From Bacteroidales bacterium H4 (GTDB lineage: Bacteria; Bacteroidota; Bacteroidia; Bacteroidales; Muribaculaceae): 64,000 nucleotides of DNA. The notes below the pieces were generated by a model. That model worked only from the letters and a program-made list of their open reading frames with translations. It was not told where the DNA came from and did no database searches. The position numbers and the translations under genes are program-made. Shown piece after piece: positions 46,428 through 56,700 of the stretch (its first letter is position 1; every line of letters begins with the position of its first letter). The stretch covers positions 2,008 through 66,007 of the forward strand of contig DAAP01000044.1 in NCBI GenBank assembly GCA_001701165.1. The letters run 5' to 3'.

Positions 46428-47666
46428 TCAGGTGGGGCGGCCGGAGAGGAGGGTCGTGCGAGTGAGGTTGTCGCCGAAGGAGTATGGCAGGAAGGCGAGC
46501 GAGGGAACGGGATCGGTGATGCGGAGGTCGGCACGGAGGCCGACAGCGATGGCGCCGGTGGTCTCGGACAGGCCCATGGCATAGGCGCCGTTGATGGTGG
46601 TGGCGGCGAGCGCTTCGGCCGGAGTGAGCCGCATCTGTATGCACAGCAGCGAATTGACCAGCGACATATTCCCCGAGGGTGTCGAGCCGGGATTATAGTC
46701 GGAGGCGGCCGCAACACCCAGCCCGGCGTCAATCATTCGGCGTGCCGGGGCGTAAGGCAGGCGCGAGAAAAGCGAGCAGCCCGGCAGCACCGTCGGCATC
46801 GTCTGTGTGCCTTTGAGGACGCGTATTTGGTCGTCGGAGGTGTGTTCCAGGTGGTCTACGGAGAGGGCATTGTGCGCCACGCCCACTTCCACGCCGCCGG
46901 AGTAGTCCAGCTCGTTGGCGTGAATCTTGGGCCGCAAGCCGTGGCGGTACCCACATTCGAGTATCTGCGCCGTATGCTGCGGCGTAAAGAATCCGCGGTC
47001 GCAGAACACATCGATGTATTGGGCAAGGCCTTCGTGCGCCACGGCGGGAATCATCTCGCGACATACAACATCGACATATCCCTGATAGTCACCGGCAAAA
47101 TTGCGCGGCAATGCGTGCGCACCCAGAAATGTGGACACAATATTGGCCGGCAAGTCTTGACGCAAACGAGCAATGACACGCAGCATTTTCAATTCGTCAT
47201 GGAGGTTGAGCCCGTATCCACTCTTGATTTCGATGCTTCCGGTGCCGTACTCAATCATACGGCGTGCACGCGGCAGTGCTTGGCGGTAAAGTTCGTCCTC
47301 GGAGGTGTTGTGCAGCAGGTCGGCCGAATTGAGTATTCCGCCGCCGCGACGCGCAATGTCTTCGTAGGAGAGTCCGCGTATTTTATCCTCGAATTCCCGC
47401 TCGCGCGATCCGGCATATACGATATGTGTGTGCGCATCGCAGAACGCCGGGAGGACGGCGCCGCCACGGACATCCGTCTCGGTGTCGTAGCGGCGGTCAC
47501 GCGGCATCGAGGCCATGGGGCCGAAGTCGGCGATAAGCCCTTCTTTGATTACGAGATATGCATCGCGCATCGAGCGATCTTCGCCCATTTCCGTTCCTTG
47601 TAGGCGTGTGCGGCCTTGTGTTTCGATGCCGGCAAGCAGCCCGATATTGTATAATAGAGTGTCCAT
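46428..47666 (-). CDS. hutI: Imidazolonepropionase
   Basis: Contains FCDAHTHIVYAGSREREFE, GGGILNS, HANELD and ASDYNPGS. The start is set at MDTLLYNIG (47666). Confidence 0.9.
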   Translation of the reverse strand: MDTLLYNIGLLAGIETQGRTRLQGTEMGEDRSMRDAYLVIKEGLIADFGPMASMPRDRRYDTETDVRGGAVLPAFCDAHTHIVYAGSREREFEDKIRGLSYEDIARRGGGILNSADLLHNTSEDELYRQALPRARRMIEYGTGSIEIKSGYGLNLHDELKMLRVIARLRQDLPANIVSTFLGAHALPRNFAGDYQGYVDVVCREMIPAVAHEGLAQYIDVFCDRGFFTPQHTAQILECGYRHGLRPKIHANELDYSGGVEVGVAHNALSVDHLEHTSDDQIRVLKGTQTMPTVLPGCSLFSRLPYAPARRMIDAGLGVAAASDYNPGSTPSGNMSLVNSLLCIQMRLTPAEALAATTINGAYAMGLSETTGAIAVGLRADLRITDPVPSLAFLPYSFGDNLTRTTLLSGRPT

Positions 47667-47690
47667 AGCGCGTAGTGGGTAAAGGAGCGT

Positions 47691-47729
47691 GCCCATAATG
47701 GCCTTTACAGCTTTATAGCCATTATGGGC
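47691..47729 (-). other. Intercistronic hairpin with a perfect 12-bp stem (GCCCATAATGGC / GCCATTATGGGC) and a 15-nt loop
   Basis: Read directly in the 71-nt hutH-hutI gap. Confidence 0.6.
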
Positions 47730-47737
47730 GTGTACTG

Positions 47738-49225
47738 TCAGATGCGCGGTGCTTCGCGCTGTATGAATTTGATAGAGTTGGCAATATGCGGATACATCGG
47801 TTGGTCGTTGTCTATATAGGGGACAATGGCGCGGTATTCGGCCACAAGAGCCTCTATGGCCGGTGACGACTTGAGCGGACGGCGGAAGTCGAGGGCTTGT
47901 ACGGCATTGAAAAGCTCAATACCGAGTACGCGTTCGGTATTGAGTACCACGCGGTATAACTTTGTAGCCGCATTGGCACCCATGCTGACATGGTCTTCCT
48001 GATCCTGCGAGGACGAAATCGAGTCTACCGAGGCGGGCATACACAGGCCCTTGCTTTGGCTGACGATGGATGCGGCAGTGTATTGCGGAATCATAAATCC
48101 GCTATTGAGGCCCGGATTAGCCACGAGGAAGCGCGGCAGATCGCGCAGGCCCGAGATGAGGCGGTAGATGCGGCGCTCTGAGATGCTTCCCAGCTCGGCA
48201 ACGGCTATGGACAAGGCATCCATGGCGATGGCCAACGGCTGGCCGTGGAAGTTGCCGGCCGAAACAACGAGGTCTTCGTCCGGGAACACCGTCGGGTTAT
48301 CTGTCACCGAGTTGCTTTCGGCTTCGAAGACGCTGTCCACGTACCGTATTGTGTCCTTGGACGCCCCGTGTACCTGCGGTATGCAGCGAAACGAGTACGG
48401 GTCTTGGACATCCTTCTTCGGACGAGCCACTATCTCACTACCTTCCATAAACTTGCGGAAGAATGTAGCCGTGTCCGACTGGCCGCGGTGCGCGCGGATG
48501 CGGTTGACCGAGTCATTGAAGGGCTCGATGTGGCCGTCGAAGGCATCCAGCGAAATGGCGCCTATGACATCGGCCCATGCCGAAATTCGATGTGCCATGT
48601 GCAGCGCCCACGTGCCGTAGGCATTCATAAACTGTGTGCCGTTGAGCAACGCCAGACCTTCCTTGGACTGCAAGTCGATAGGCTCCCAGCCCATCTTGTG
48701 CATCACTTCGCCGGCATCCACCACCCTGCCCATGTATTCCACTTCGCCCATTCCGATGAGCGGTAACGACATGTGCGCCAATGGCGCCAAGTCACCCGAA
48801 GCACCCAGCGAACCCTGCTGATAGATGACGGGGATGATGTCGTGGTTGTACATGTCGATAAGTCGCTGAACGGTAGCTACTTGAACGCCGGAGTGGCCAT
48901 AGGCAAGCGATTGAACCTTAAGCAGCATCATCAACTTGACAATCTCGGAGGGCACACGTTCGCCGGTGCCGCAAGCGTGTGACATAATCAGATTACGCTG
49001 CAATGTGGACAAGTCTTTACGGTCTATAGAGACATTGCACAGCGAACCGAAGCCCGTTGTGACACCGTAAATGGGCGTGCCGCCGACGGCTTTTTTGTCC
49101 AAGTACTCGCGGCACTTGTGTATGCGCTCCACGGCTTGCTCCGATAGACGCAGCGCCTTGCCCGAGGCAACGATTTCGTATATTTTGGCAGGCGTAATAT
49201 GCCTTTCGCTAATGGTATGATACAT
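47738..49225 (-). CDS. hutH: Histidine ammonia-lyase
   Basis: MIO-forming triad in GSLGASGDLAPLAH, together with overall HAL/PAL-family blocks. The start is set at MYHTISERH (49225). Confidence 0.92.
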   Translation of the reverse strand: MYHTISERHITPAKIYEIVASGKALRLSEQAVERIHKCREYLDKKAVGGTPIYGVTTGFGSLCNVSIDRKDLSTLQRNLIMSHACGTGERVPSEIVKLMMLLKVQSLAYGHSGVQVATVQRLIDMYNHDIIPVIYQQGSLGASGDLAPLAHMSLPLIGMGEVEYMGRVVDAGEVMHKMGWEPIDLQSKEGLALLNGTQFMNAYGTWALHMAHRISAWADVIGAISLDAFDGHIEPFNDSVNRIRAHRGQSDTATFFRKFMEGSEIVARPKKDVQDPYSFRCIPQVHGASKDTIRYVDSVFEAESNSVTDNPTVFPDEDLVVSAGNFHGQPLAIAMDALSIAVAELGSISERRIYRLISGLRDLPRFLVANPGLNSGFMIPQYTAASIVSQSKGLCMPASVDSISSSQDQEDHVSMGANAATKLYRVVLNTERVLGIELFNAVQALDFRRPLKSSPAIEALVAEYRAIVPYIDNDQPMYPHIANSIKFIQREAPRI

Positions 49226-49292
49226 ATTCGAGGTAAGAATTTGTGGTTTGTAAATTTTTGAGAAGGCGGACAATATTTCCCATGAGCCAAAG

Positions 49293-51299
49293 TCACGCGA
49301 GCGCATCGCGCACCACGTCATCATCGGCGATGTTGGGCATGGTGATGATCATGTCCGGATGAAGAGCCATGGCGCGACGCGCAGCCGACATGGCTCCGTC
49401 GTTGCGAGCCCAGCTGCGGCGAGCGATGCCGTTGTTGACGTCCCACAGCATCATCTCGTCTATATGCCGACGCGCCTCGGCGCTGCCGTCGATAACCATA
49501 CCGAATCCGCCGTTGACGACTTCGCCCCATCCGACGCCGCCGCCGTTGTGCAGCGACACCCAGGTGGCTCCGCGAAATCCGTCGCCGATGACATTCTGCA
49601 CGGCCATATCCGCGGTAAAGGCCGAGCCGTCATAAATATTGGACGTCTCACGATAGGGCGAATCGGTGCCCGAGACATCATGGTGGTCACGACCCAGGAC
49701 TATGGGCGCCGAGATGCGCCCGTCGGCTATGGCTTCGTTGAAGGCACGAGCTATAGCCATACGGCCCTCTGCATCAGCATATAGGATACGTGCCTGCGAT
49801 CCGACCACCAAGTTGTTGGCGCCGGCTTCGGCTATCCAATGAATGTTATCTTCGAGCTGTCCGGCAATTTCGGCGGGAGCATCGCGGCGCATATCTTCGA
49901 GTACGCGGCGTGCGATGTCGTCACTCTGCGCCAAATCCTCAGGCAGACCCGAGGTGCACACCCAGCGGAACGGCCCGAAGCCGTAATCGAAAAACAGCGG
50001 CCCCATAATGTCCTGCACGTATGACGGGTATATAAACTTGCCTTCGGAGTCCACAATGTCAGCTCCGGCGCGCGAGGCCTCCAGCATAAAGGCGTTGCCG
50101 TAGTCAAAGAAATACATACCTCGTGCCGTAAGCTTATTTATGGCGGCCACCTGTCGGCGCAGAGACATCTGCACCTGCTGCTTGAATTGTTCCGGATCTT
50201 CGGCCATCATCATGCGCGACTGCTCGTAGGTAAGTCCTGCCGGATAATATCCGCCGGCCCACGGGTTGTGCAGCGAGGTCTGGTCGCTGCCCAGGTCTAC
50301 ACGGATGTTCTCATCGGCCAAACGTTCCCAGAGGTCTACAATATTGCCTTGATAAGCCATAGACACCACCTCGGCATCGGCCAAAGCACGTCGTATACGC
50401 GGAATCAGCTCATCCAACGAGGTATGCACCTCGTCCACCCATCCCTGGCTGTGGCGCTTCTCGACGGCCGCCGGATTGATTTCGGCGACAACGCTTACCA
50501 CGCCGGCTATATTTCCGGCCTTGGGCTGTGCTCCCGACATTCCGCCCAGTCCGGAAGACACAAACAGCATACGGCGTGTGTCGCCCGGCGCGCGACGCTT
50601 ACGAGCCGCATTGAGCACCGTAATTGTGGTACCGTGGACTATGCCCTGCGGACCTATATACATGTACGATCCGGCTGTCATCTGGCCGTACTGCGACACA
50701 CCCATGGCGTTGAAGCGCTCCCAGTCGTCCGGCTTGGAGTAATTGGGTATGACCATACCATTGGTGACCACAACACGTGGCGCGTCCTTGTGCGACGGAA
50801 ACAGCCCCAACGGATGTCCCGAGTACATTACCAAGGTCTGACACTCGGTCATCTGCGACAAGTATTGCATCGTCAGGCGGTATTGCGCCCAGTTTTGGAA
50901 CACGGCACCGTTGCCGCCATAAGTGATAAGTTCGTGCGGATGCTGAGCCACGCGCGGGTCCAAATTGTTCTGTATCATCAGCATTATGGCCGCAGCCTGC
51001 CGACACTTGGCCGGGTACTCCTCGATGGGCCGGGCGTACATCGGATAATGCGGGCGCAACCGATACATGTATATGCGGCCATAGCGGCGCAGCTCCTCGG
51101 CAAATTCCGGGGCCAAGACGGCGTGCTGTTCCTTAGGGAAATAGCGCAACGCATTTTTCAGAGCCAAGGCCTTTTGTGCGGGCGTGAGGATATCCTTGCG
51201 CCGCGGAGCGTGGTTGACAGAAGTGTCATATTCCTGCGGTTCGGGCAGTCGGGCCGGAATACCGCCCACGATGTCCTGTTGGAATTGGTTGAGGGTCAT
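49293..51299 (-). CDS. hutU: Urocanate hydratase
   Basis: Contains GGMSGAQPKA, SLHNGGGVGWGE and the long (668-aa) Bacteroidetes-type form. The ATG overlaps the ftcD stop codon. Confidence 0.95.
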   Translation of the reverse strand: MTLNQFQQDIVGGIPARLPEPQEYDTSVNHAPRRKDILTPAQKALALKNALRYFPKEQHAVLAPEFAEELRRYGRIYMYRLRPHYPMYARPIEEYPAKCRQAAAIMLMIQNNLDPRVAQHPHELITYGGNGAVFQNWAQYRLTMQYLSQMTECQTLVMYSGHPLGLFPSHKDAPRVVVTNGMVIPNYSKPDDWERFNAMGVSQYGQMTAGSYMYIGPQGIVHGTTITVLNAARKRRAPGDTRRMLFVSSGLGGMSGAQPKAGNIAGVVSVVAEINPAAVEKRHSQGWVDEVHTSLDELIPRIRRALADAEVVSMAYQGNIVDLWERLADENIRVDLGSDQTSLHNPWAGGYYPAGLTYEQSRMMMAEDPEQFKQQVQMSLRRQVAAINKLTARGMYFFDYGNAFMLEASRAGADIVDSEGKFIYPSYVQDIMGPLFFDYGFGPFRWVCTSGLPEDLAQSDDIARRVLEDMRRDAPAEIAGQLEDNIHWIAEAGANNLVVGSQARILYADAEGRMAIARAFNEAIADGRISAPIVLGRDHHDVSGTDSPYRETSNIYDGSAFTADMAVQNVIGDGFRGATWVSLHNGGGVGWGEVVNGGFGMVIDGSAEARRHIDEMMLWDVNNGIARRSWARNDGAMSAARRAMALHPDMIITMPNIADDDVVRDALA

Positions 51300-53002
51300 A
51301 GTCTTTCTTCGATTTCGGATATTAGAGTCTGTTCGCGGCTGTCCGCCTCGGCAGCCAAGGCCTGAGCCTCACCTTTGAGTGCCTTGGCCTTGTCCGTGTC
51401 CTTGAGTCCGGCAGCATTTATCATCACGTTGAGCGCCGCACCGCGCACGGCGGCACGAGCGGCAAGTATGGCTACGCCGGCGTCCGATAGCGAATTGGGA
51501 TTGCCATCCACAGCCATAACATGCGCCACGTCAAATACTTCCATGGCGGCTTTCATAGTCTTCAGCGGCACTTGGGCGGCATATAGTGTAGCCTCCTCGA
51601 GGGCGGCGGCACGTGCGGACTTTTCCTCATCCGTGCCCTTGGGCATGGCAAATACGGCCATAATGCGGTTGAAAGCTTCGGTATCCTCGTCCACCAAAGC
51701 GAGCAGACGCTGCATCAACGCATGCCCCTTCACGGCCCAGTCGGAGAAGAATTCCCAGCGGTCGTCCCATCCGGGCTTATGCGCCGACAGGTTGGCGACC
51801 ATGGTGGCCAAAGCGGCACCCATGGCACCCATATACGCCGATACGGAGCCGCCGCCGGGCGCCGGCGATTCGCAGGCCGTCTCCTCGGCAAAGCCTTGGC
51901 AAGTAAAGTCGACGAGTTTCTTGCCGCCCTTGGGTGCCAAGAGGTCTTCAATGACTTTTTCGTGAACCTTGAAAGGTGCCAAATCCTCAAGACCGAGCGA
52001 CTTGACAGCTATCTTGATAATCTCGTCATCGCTGATACCCAGCGAGCGGCATTGCTTGCGCAGAAAATATTTGCCGGCATCCAGCAGACACGAACGCGGC
52101 ACCAGACCCACGATTTCGGTTCCGGTGACACGCAATCCGCGGCGGTCGGCGGCGCGGCACACCTCCTCGAAAGCCACGTGCAGCGGCGTGGCGCGTATGT
52201 CCGTAATATTCATCGACACCTGGGCGATGCCGTATTCTTCGATGTACCATCCTATGGCCTTGCAACCCTTGAGCGTGCCCGGAATCATCACCGGATTACC
52301 CTCGGCATCGCGTATAATCTTGCCCGTGATGGGATTACCCTCGCGGCGCGGACGTCCTTTTTCGCGGACATCAAAGGCGATGGCATTGGCGCGGCGAGTG
52401 CTGGTCGAATTGAGGTTGAAATTGACAGCAACCAGAAAGTCGCGAGCACCGACGACGGTAGCTCCGCTGCGTGCAGCCTGCTCGGTGAACTCTCCGCCAC
52501 CGAAGTCCGGCATCTCCGCCGGGTCGGTGATACGCTGAGCCAGAGCCTCGTACTCACCCTTGCGGCATACAGCCAAGTTACGGCGCTCGGGACGCAAAGC
52601 CGCCGCCTCATAGCAATACGTCGGTATCGCCAGCTCATCAGCTATACGTTTGGCAAGAGCACGAGCCATCTCGGCGCACTCCTCAAGGGTGACGCCGCTC
52701 ACCGGCACCAAAGGCAAAACATCTGTGGCGCCTATGCGCGGATGCTCGCCGTGGTGCGTACGCATATCGATAAGTTCGGAAGCCTTCTTGACAGTGCGGA
52801 AGGCCGCATCCACCACCGCCTCCGGCGTACCGGCAAAGGTCACGACCGTGCGATTGGTCGCCTTTCCGGGGTCCACGTCCAGCAGTCGGACGCCCTCGAC
52901 GTCCTCGATGCTCTTGACTATCTCTTGTATAACTTCAGGGCGGCGTCCCTCGCTGAAATTGGGGACGCACTCAATGATACGTTTCATGTTCGGGTCTGGC
53001 AC
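51296..53002 (-). CDS. ftcD: Bifunctional glutamate formimidoyltransferase / formimidoyltetrahydrofolate cyclodeaminase
   Basis: The N-terminus IIECVPNFSEGRRPEVI and HPRIGATDV are formiminotransferase blocks. The C-terminal ~200 aa helical domain (PAPGGGSVSAYMGAMGAALATMVANL) is the cyclodeaminase part. Confidence 0.9.
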   Translation of the reverse strand: MPDPNMKRIIECVPNFSEGRRPEVIQEIVKSIEDVEGVRLLDVDPGKATNRTVVTFAGTPEAVVDAAFRTVKKASELIDMRTHHGEHPRIGATDVLPLVPVSGVTLEECAEMARALAKRIADELAIPTYCYEAAALRPERRNLAVCRKGEYEALAQRITDPAEMPDFGGGEFTEQAARSGATVVGARDFLVAVNFNLNSTSTRRANAIAFDVREKGRPRREGNPITGKIIRDAEGNPVMIPGTLKGCKAIGWYIEEYGIAQVSMNITDIRATPLHVAFEEVCRAADRRGLRVTGTEIVGLVPRSCLLDAGKYFLRKQCRSLGISDDEIIKIAVKSLGLEDLAPFKVHEKVIEDLLAPKGGKKLVDFTCQGFAEETACESPAPGGGSVSAYMGAMGAALATMVANLSAHKPGWDDRWEFFSDWAVKGHALMQRLLALVDEDTEAFNRIMAVFAMPKGTDEEKSARAAALEEATLYAAQVPLKTMKAAMEVFDVAHVMAVDGNPNSLSDAGVAILAARAAVRGAALNVMINAAGLKDTDKAKALKGEAQALAAEADSREQTLISEIEERL

Positions 53003-53429
53003 TTATGTGTTTATTTGTGTTTGGTTTCGATATAGTCTGTTGTATATTCGGTATCGTTCGGTCTTGATATTACCCCCGTCGCTTACGGGAGTTCGGTTTC
53101 TCGGGTTCGGTATTTTGCCGCCATCCTCCGCGCCGAAGCCTCACGATGACATTCGGAGCACTCGGATTGCAACATTTGAGCGTCGGAAGGCGTATCAGAG
53201 GCGTCAATGTGTCACCACCGCTTCTCCTATCCTTGGCTATCCCGCCGCTTTCACTGGCAAATATAGCACTTTTCCGCCAATAATCCCGCATCATCGCCGA
53301 AAATGCCGCCGCCGTTAGTTCGACTCGCAGCTCGCCCCACATCGAACGACTCACCGCACCAATCACGTCATCCGAAAAGACGAAAAAAAATAATACGGCT
53401 GAAAATCATTTGGATATAAAAATAATTTG

Positions 53430-53437
53430 TAATTTTG
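53430..53437 (+). promoter_or_regulatory. Bacteroidetes-type -7 promoter box (TAATTTTG)
   Basis: Exact TAnnTTTG match in an ORF-free region. It would place a transcription start near 53444. Confidence 0.4.
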
Positions 53438-53509
53438 CAGCAAGGCGCAAGCGAGTGCCTTGATATTGTGATAGGATTCTAATCCTGTTCTCCGTAACAT
53501 AAATAAAAA

Positions 53510-53719
53510 GCGTTTCGTGCTTTATCCTTTAACGGAAATCGCCAAATTTCAAAACTACGAGGGATATAGGCAGTCAAAGGAACGCCATGCTTGTCGCATA
53601 TCCGCTCCCCGGCAAGGGGGAGTATATCCGATAAGGCGTGGGAGTGGACTGTTTATTTCGTAGTAGGCGTTTGGCGATGCCTCCGTTAAGATAAACTGAA
53701 CATGCTCCACGCTTTTTTT
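53510..53719 (+). ncRNA. Candidate structured RNA of ~200 nt (extended rod), ending in a U-tract; family not identified
   Basis: Nested complementary segments:
- 53510-13 with 53709-12.
- 53521-26 with 53690-95.
- 53527-36 with 53682-90.
- 53538-46 with 53670-78.
- 53554-60 with 53658-64.
- 53571-75 with 53647-51.
- 53582-86 with 53635-39.
- Apical hairpin CTCCCC-GGCAA-GGGGAG at 53605-53621.
TTTTTTT follows at 53713-53719. No ORF is listed on either strand between 53366 and 53782. Confidence 0.4.
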
Positions 53720-53781
53720 ATATAGCTAACTCTAATCAGGCCGGTCGGAGCATACTGCCTTAAAACTAATGTTCTAATCAC

Positions 53782-56700
53782 ATGTTCAGATTTACTTCTT
53801 TGCGGTATGTGCTATTGGCACTTGCTGTGATGGGACTGTTCGGTGTGCCTGATGTGTCGGCTCAGTTTTCCGGCGCCGGCGCGGGCACAAAGGATGACCC
53901 ATACAAAATCTACAATCCGGCACAGCTGAACCAAGTGCGTAATTACACGGGGAAAACAGACGTGTATTTCACGCTTGGCGCAGATATCGACCTGACCTCA
54001 TGGATTTCCTCTAATTCGCCGGAACAGGGATGGAATCCTATCGGCACGGATGCCAATCCGTTCAAGGGTACTTTTAGCGGCAACGGACACACCATCAAAG
54101 GCATGTCTATCTTACGAGGATCGACCGATGATGTGGGCTTCTTCGGTGTAGCATCGGGTGCCACCATCTCCAACTTGACAATCGAAGGCTCGGTCAACGG
54201 AGGGAATAATGTCGGCATCCTTGCCGGATACTTCACCGGCATAATAGAAAACTGCCGTGCAAAAGGCTCGGTCAACGGATTGTCAGACTGTGTCGGCGGA
54301 CTTATCGGAAAGTCCGGGAACTCGGACATTAAGACCTGCCGGGCAGACGCGACGGTAAAAGGCACTGACTATGTCGGCGGACTTATCGGATATGTTCTCG
54401 CTGGAAAAACATCATCCAATAAAGCTATAGACAATTGCTTTGCAAGTGGAACTGTAGATGGTCGCTCAAATGTCGGCGGCCTCATAGGCGCTATGGATGC
54501 GACGGTATTCGTTCAGTTTGAGCCTTACAATTCTAGTTCTGATTACCATCAAAGCGATTATTACAGTACCGTAGCACTATATAAATACAGTATATCCAAT
54601 TGCGGCGTGAAATGTGCTGTTTCTGCGCAGTCAGCTTCAACGGGTGGATTGATAGGCAAACTCTCTGGCGGTGCGTATATATACAGGTACAATGGTTCTA
54701 GCGTTTCTATTTATAATGGTAATAGCAGCTCCATTTCAGACTGCGTAAATCTTTCAAAATGCGTAAGCGTCAAAGGCTGCTTTGCTTTGGCACAGATTAA
54801 TGCAAAAAGAGACAACATTGGCGGCATCATTGGCGATTGCGAATGTGCCGATATTATGGATAGCTATTTCAATGGCTCTATAATCGGAGGTAAAAAAGTC
54901 GGCGGAATTTGTGGCACTAATGATGCCGTAACAACTGTTACAGTAAAAACGCTTGACGGCAAAACATATCCCAACAAAGCGCGGCCCAAAGAAATAACTA
55001 TAAATTGGACAGGTGTCTCGACTATCTCGCGTAATTACAGCCGTGGCACGATTGCAGGCAGCGAATACGTGGGCGGTATCATCGGCAATATCACGTCAAA
55101 TGCGACCGTAACATCCAACTTCGCCCTCAATCCGGTATTGAGCGCATCCGTAGGCCCTGTGGCACGTATATCACCCACGACAACCGACGGCTTCGGTGCT
55201 ATAGGCAGCCTGACAACCAATTATACCCTTACCGGCGCCAAGGTATCGAAGAATGGTGTATCGCAAACCTACTCGACAAAACTCAGCGAAGGCGAGTCCG
55301 GAGGTGAGGATATGTTCAAGCTACGTGCGACATACCAGGGTCTTGGATGGGATTTCGATAAGGAATGGGCGATACAAGAGACCGAGTGCCTGCCATACAA
55401 GAGCGGGCAGTGCGTTCCGCCGCTAATCCAGTCGGAACCGGTGTCGGGAAGTTTTATCATCGTAGGCAAGAGTATGTCCGGCGGACGTGTATTCATGGAA
55501 TATGCCGGACAGACTTATTCGGCCGAATGTAAGGATAATACATGGACGGTACGAACCGATCCGATGAAATCCGGCGAGAGCATAACTGCATGGGTCGAGG
55601 CCGACGACAAGCTCCCGAGCTACAGCGTAATGACTTCTGTCGGCTATCCCGGCAGCGGCACACAGGAAGATCCGTATCAGATATATACTGCAAATGACCT
55701 ACAAAACATCAACGGCCATTCGTGGTACAAACTGATGAACGATATCGACCTCAATGGCGTGAAATGGCAACCGATAGGACGTAACGGCGCGACTATGGCC
55801 AACCTTGACGGCGGCGGTTTCACCATTAAGAATCTCAATGTCAAAGATTCCGCATCTGACTTCTGCGGCTTGTTCTCCACTCTCCAAGACGCCACGATTA
55901 CCAATCTCACGCTGGAAGGATGCACCGTTGACGGCGGCAGCAAAACGGCAGTACTTGCCGGAGATATGACTTCGTGTACCATATCTAATGTCACGATAAT
56001 CAAGGCCAACGTCAAGGGCGATGCCAATGTGGGTGCTCTTGCCGGCAATGCCTATTATTGCACTTTGCAAAATGTGCAGGTACTGGAATCCACTATCGGA
56101 GGAAGCTCCTTGGTCGGCGGTATCGTCGGCACGGCAGACCGTTTGGACATCACACTTTCCTCGTTCAACGGTGACGTTACAGGGTCCGGAAATGTCGGCG
56201 GCATCTGCGCCAAGGCAAATTCCGCAACAAAAATTTCGCGCAGTTGTACCTCCGGAACGGTGACGGGTACAGGCACGGACACAAAGGCCGCAGGTATCGT
56301 AGCCGAAAGCCGAGCCTATGTCACGGACTGTTTCACAACGGCAAATATCTCCGCTCCGGGATATGTCGGCGGTATTGTCGGTCTAAATTACGCCTCGGTT
56401 TCCAATTGCTATGCGTCCGGAACATTATCGAGCGAAACTCTCGCCGCAGGCATCGTTGCATATAATGACGGCGCTTCGGCTACGCTGAAAAACTCGGCGG
56501 CCGCCAGTGAGAAAATATCGGTATCCTCGCAGTCGGGTAATGCCATGCGCGTTCTCGGCGGTTTCCGTAATGGCGCTCCCGAACCTGTAACAGCCGAGAA
56601 TCTTGCGCTCGAAAAGATGATAGTATCTATTAACGGCGTGGCACAAGAAGTATACGATGACCCGATGAATGGCACTGCCACCTCCGGCGACAAGCTCCGT

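Noticed and set aside
46401-47603. 400-aa plus-strand ORF over hutI (likewise 50187..51365 over hutU, 51722..53035 over ftcD, 34307..35137 over the CBS-nucleotidyltransferase gene, 37369..38073 over the HAD gene and 6711..7694 over tcdA)
   Set aside because: All are antisense to genes with strong catalytic motifs. They are shadow ORFs.
53003-53260. ~250-nt leader between a minus-strand TATATTTG box (53251-53258) and ftcD, considered as a possible THF or histidine-responsive riboswitch
   Set aside because: It has only short generic hairpins. I see no resemblance to the THF-I, THF-II or any other riboswitch core I know. The 98-aa ORF 53070..53366 has no coding signature.
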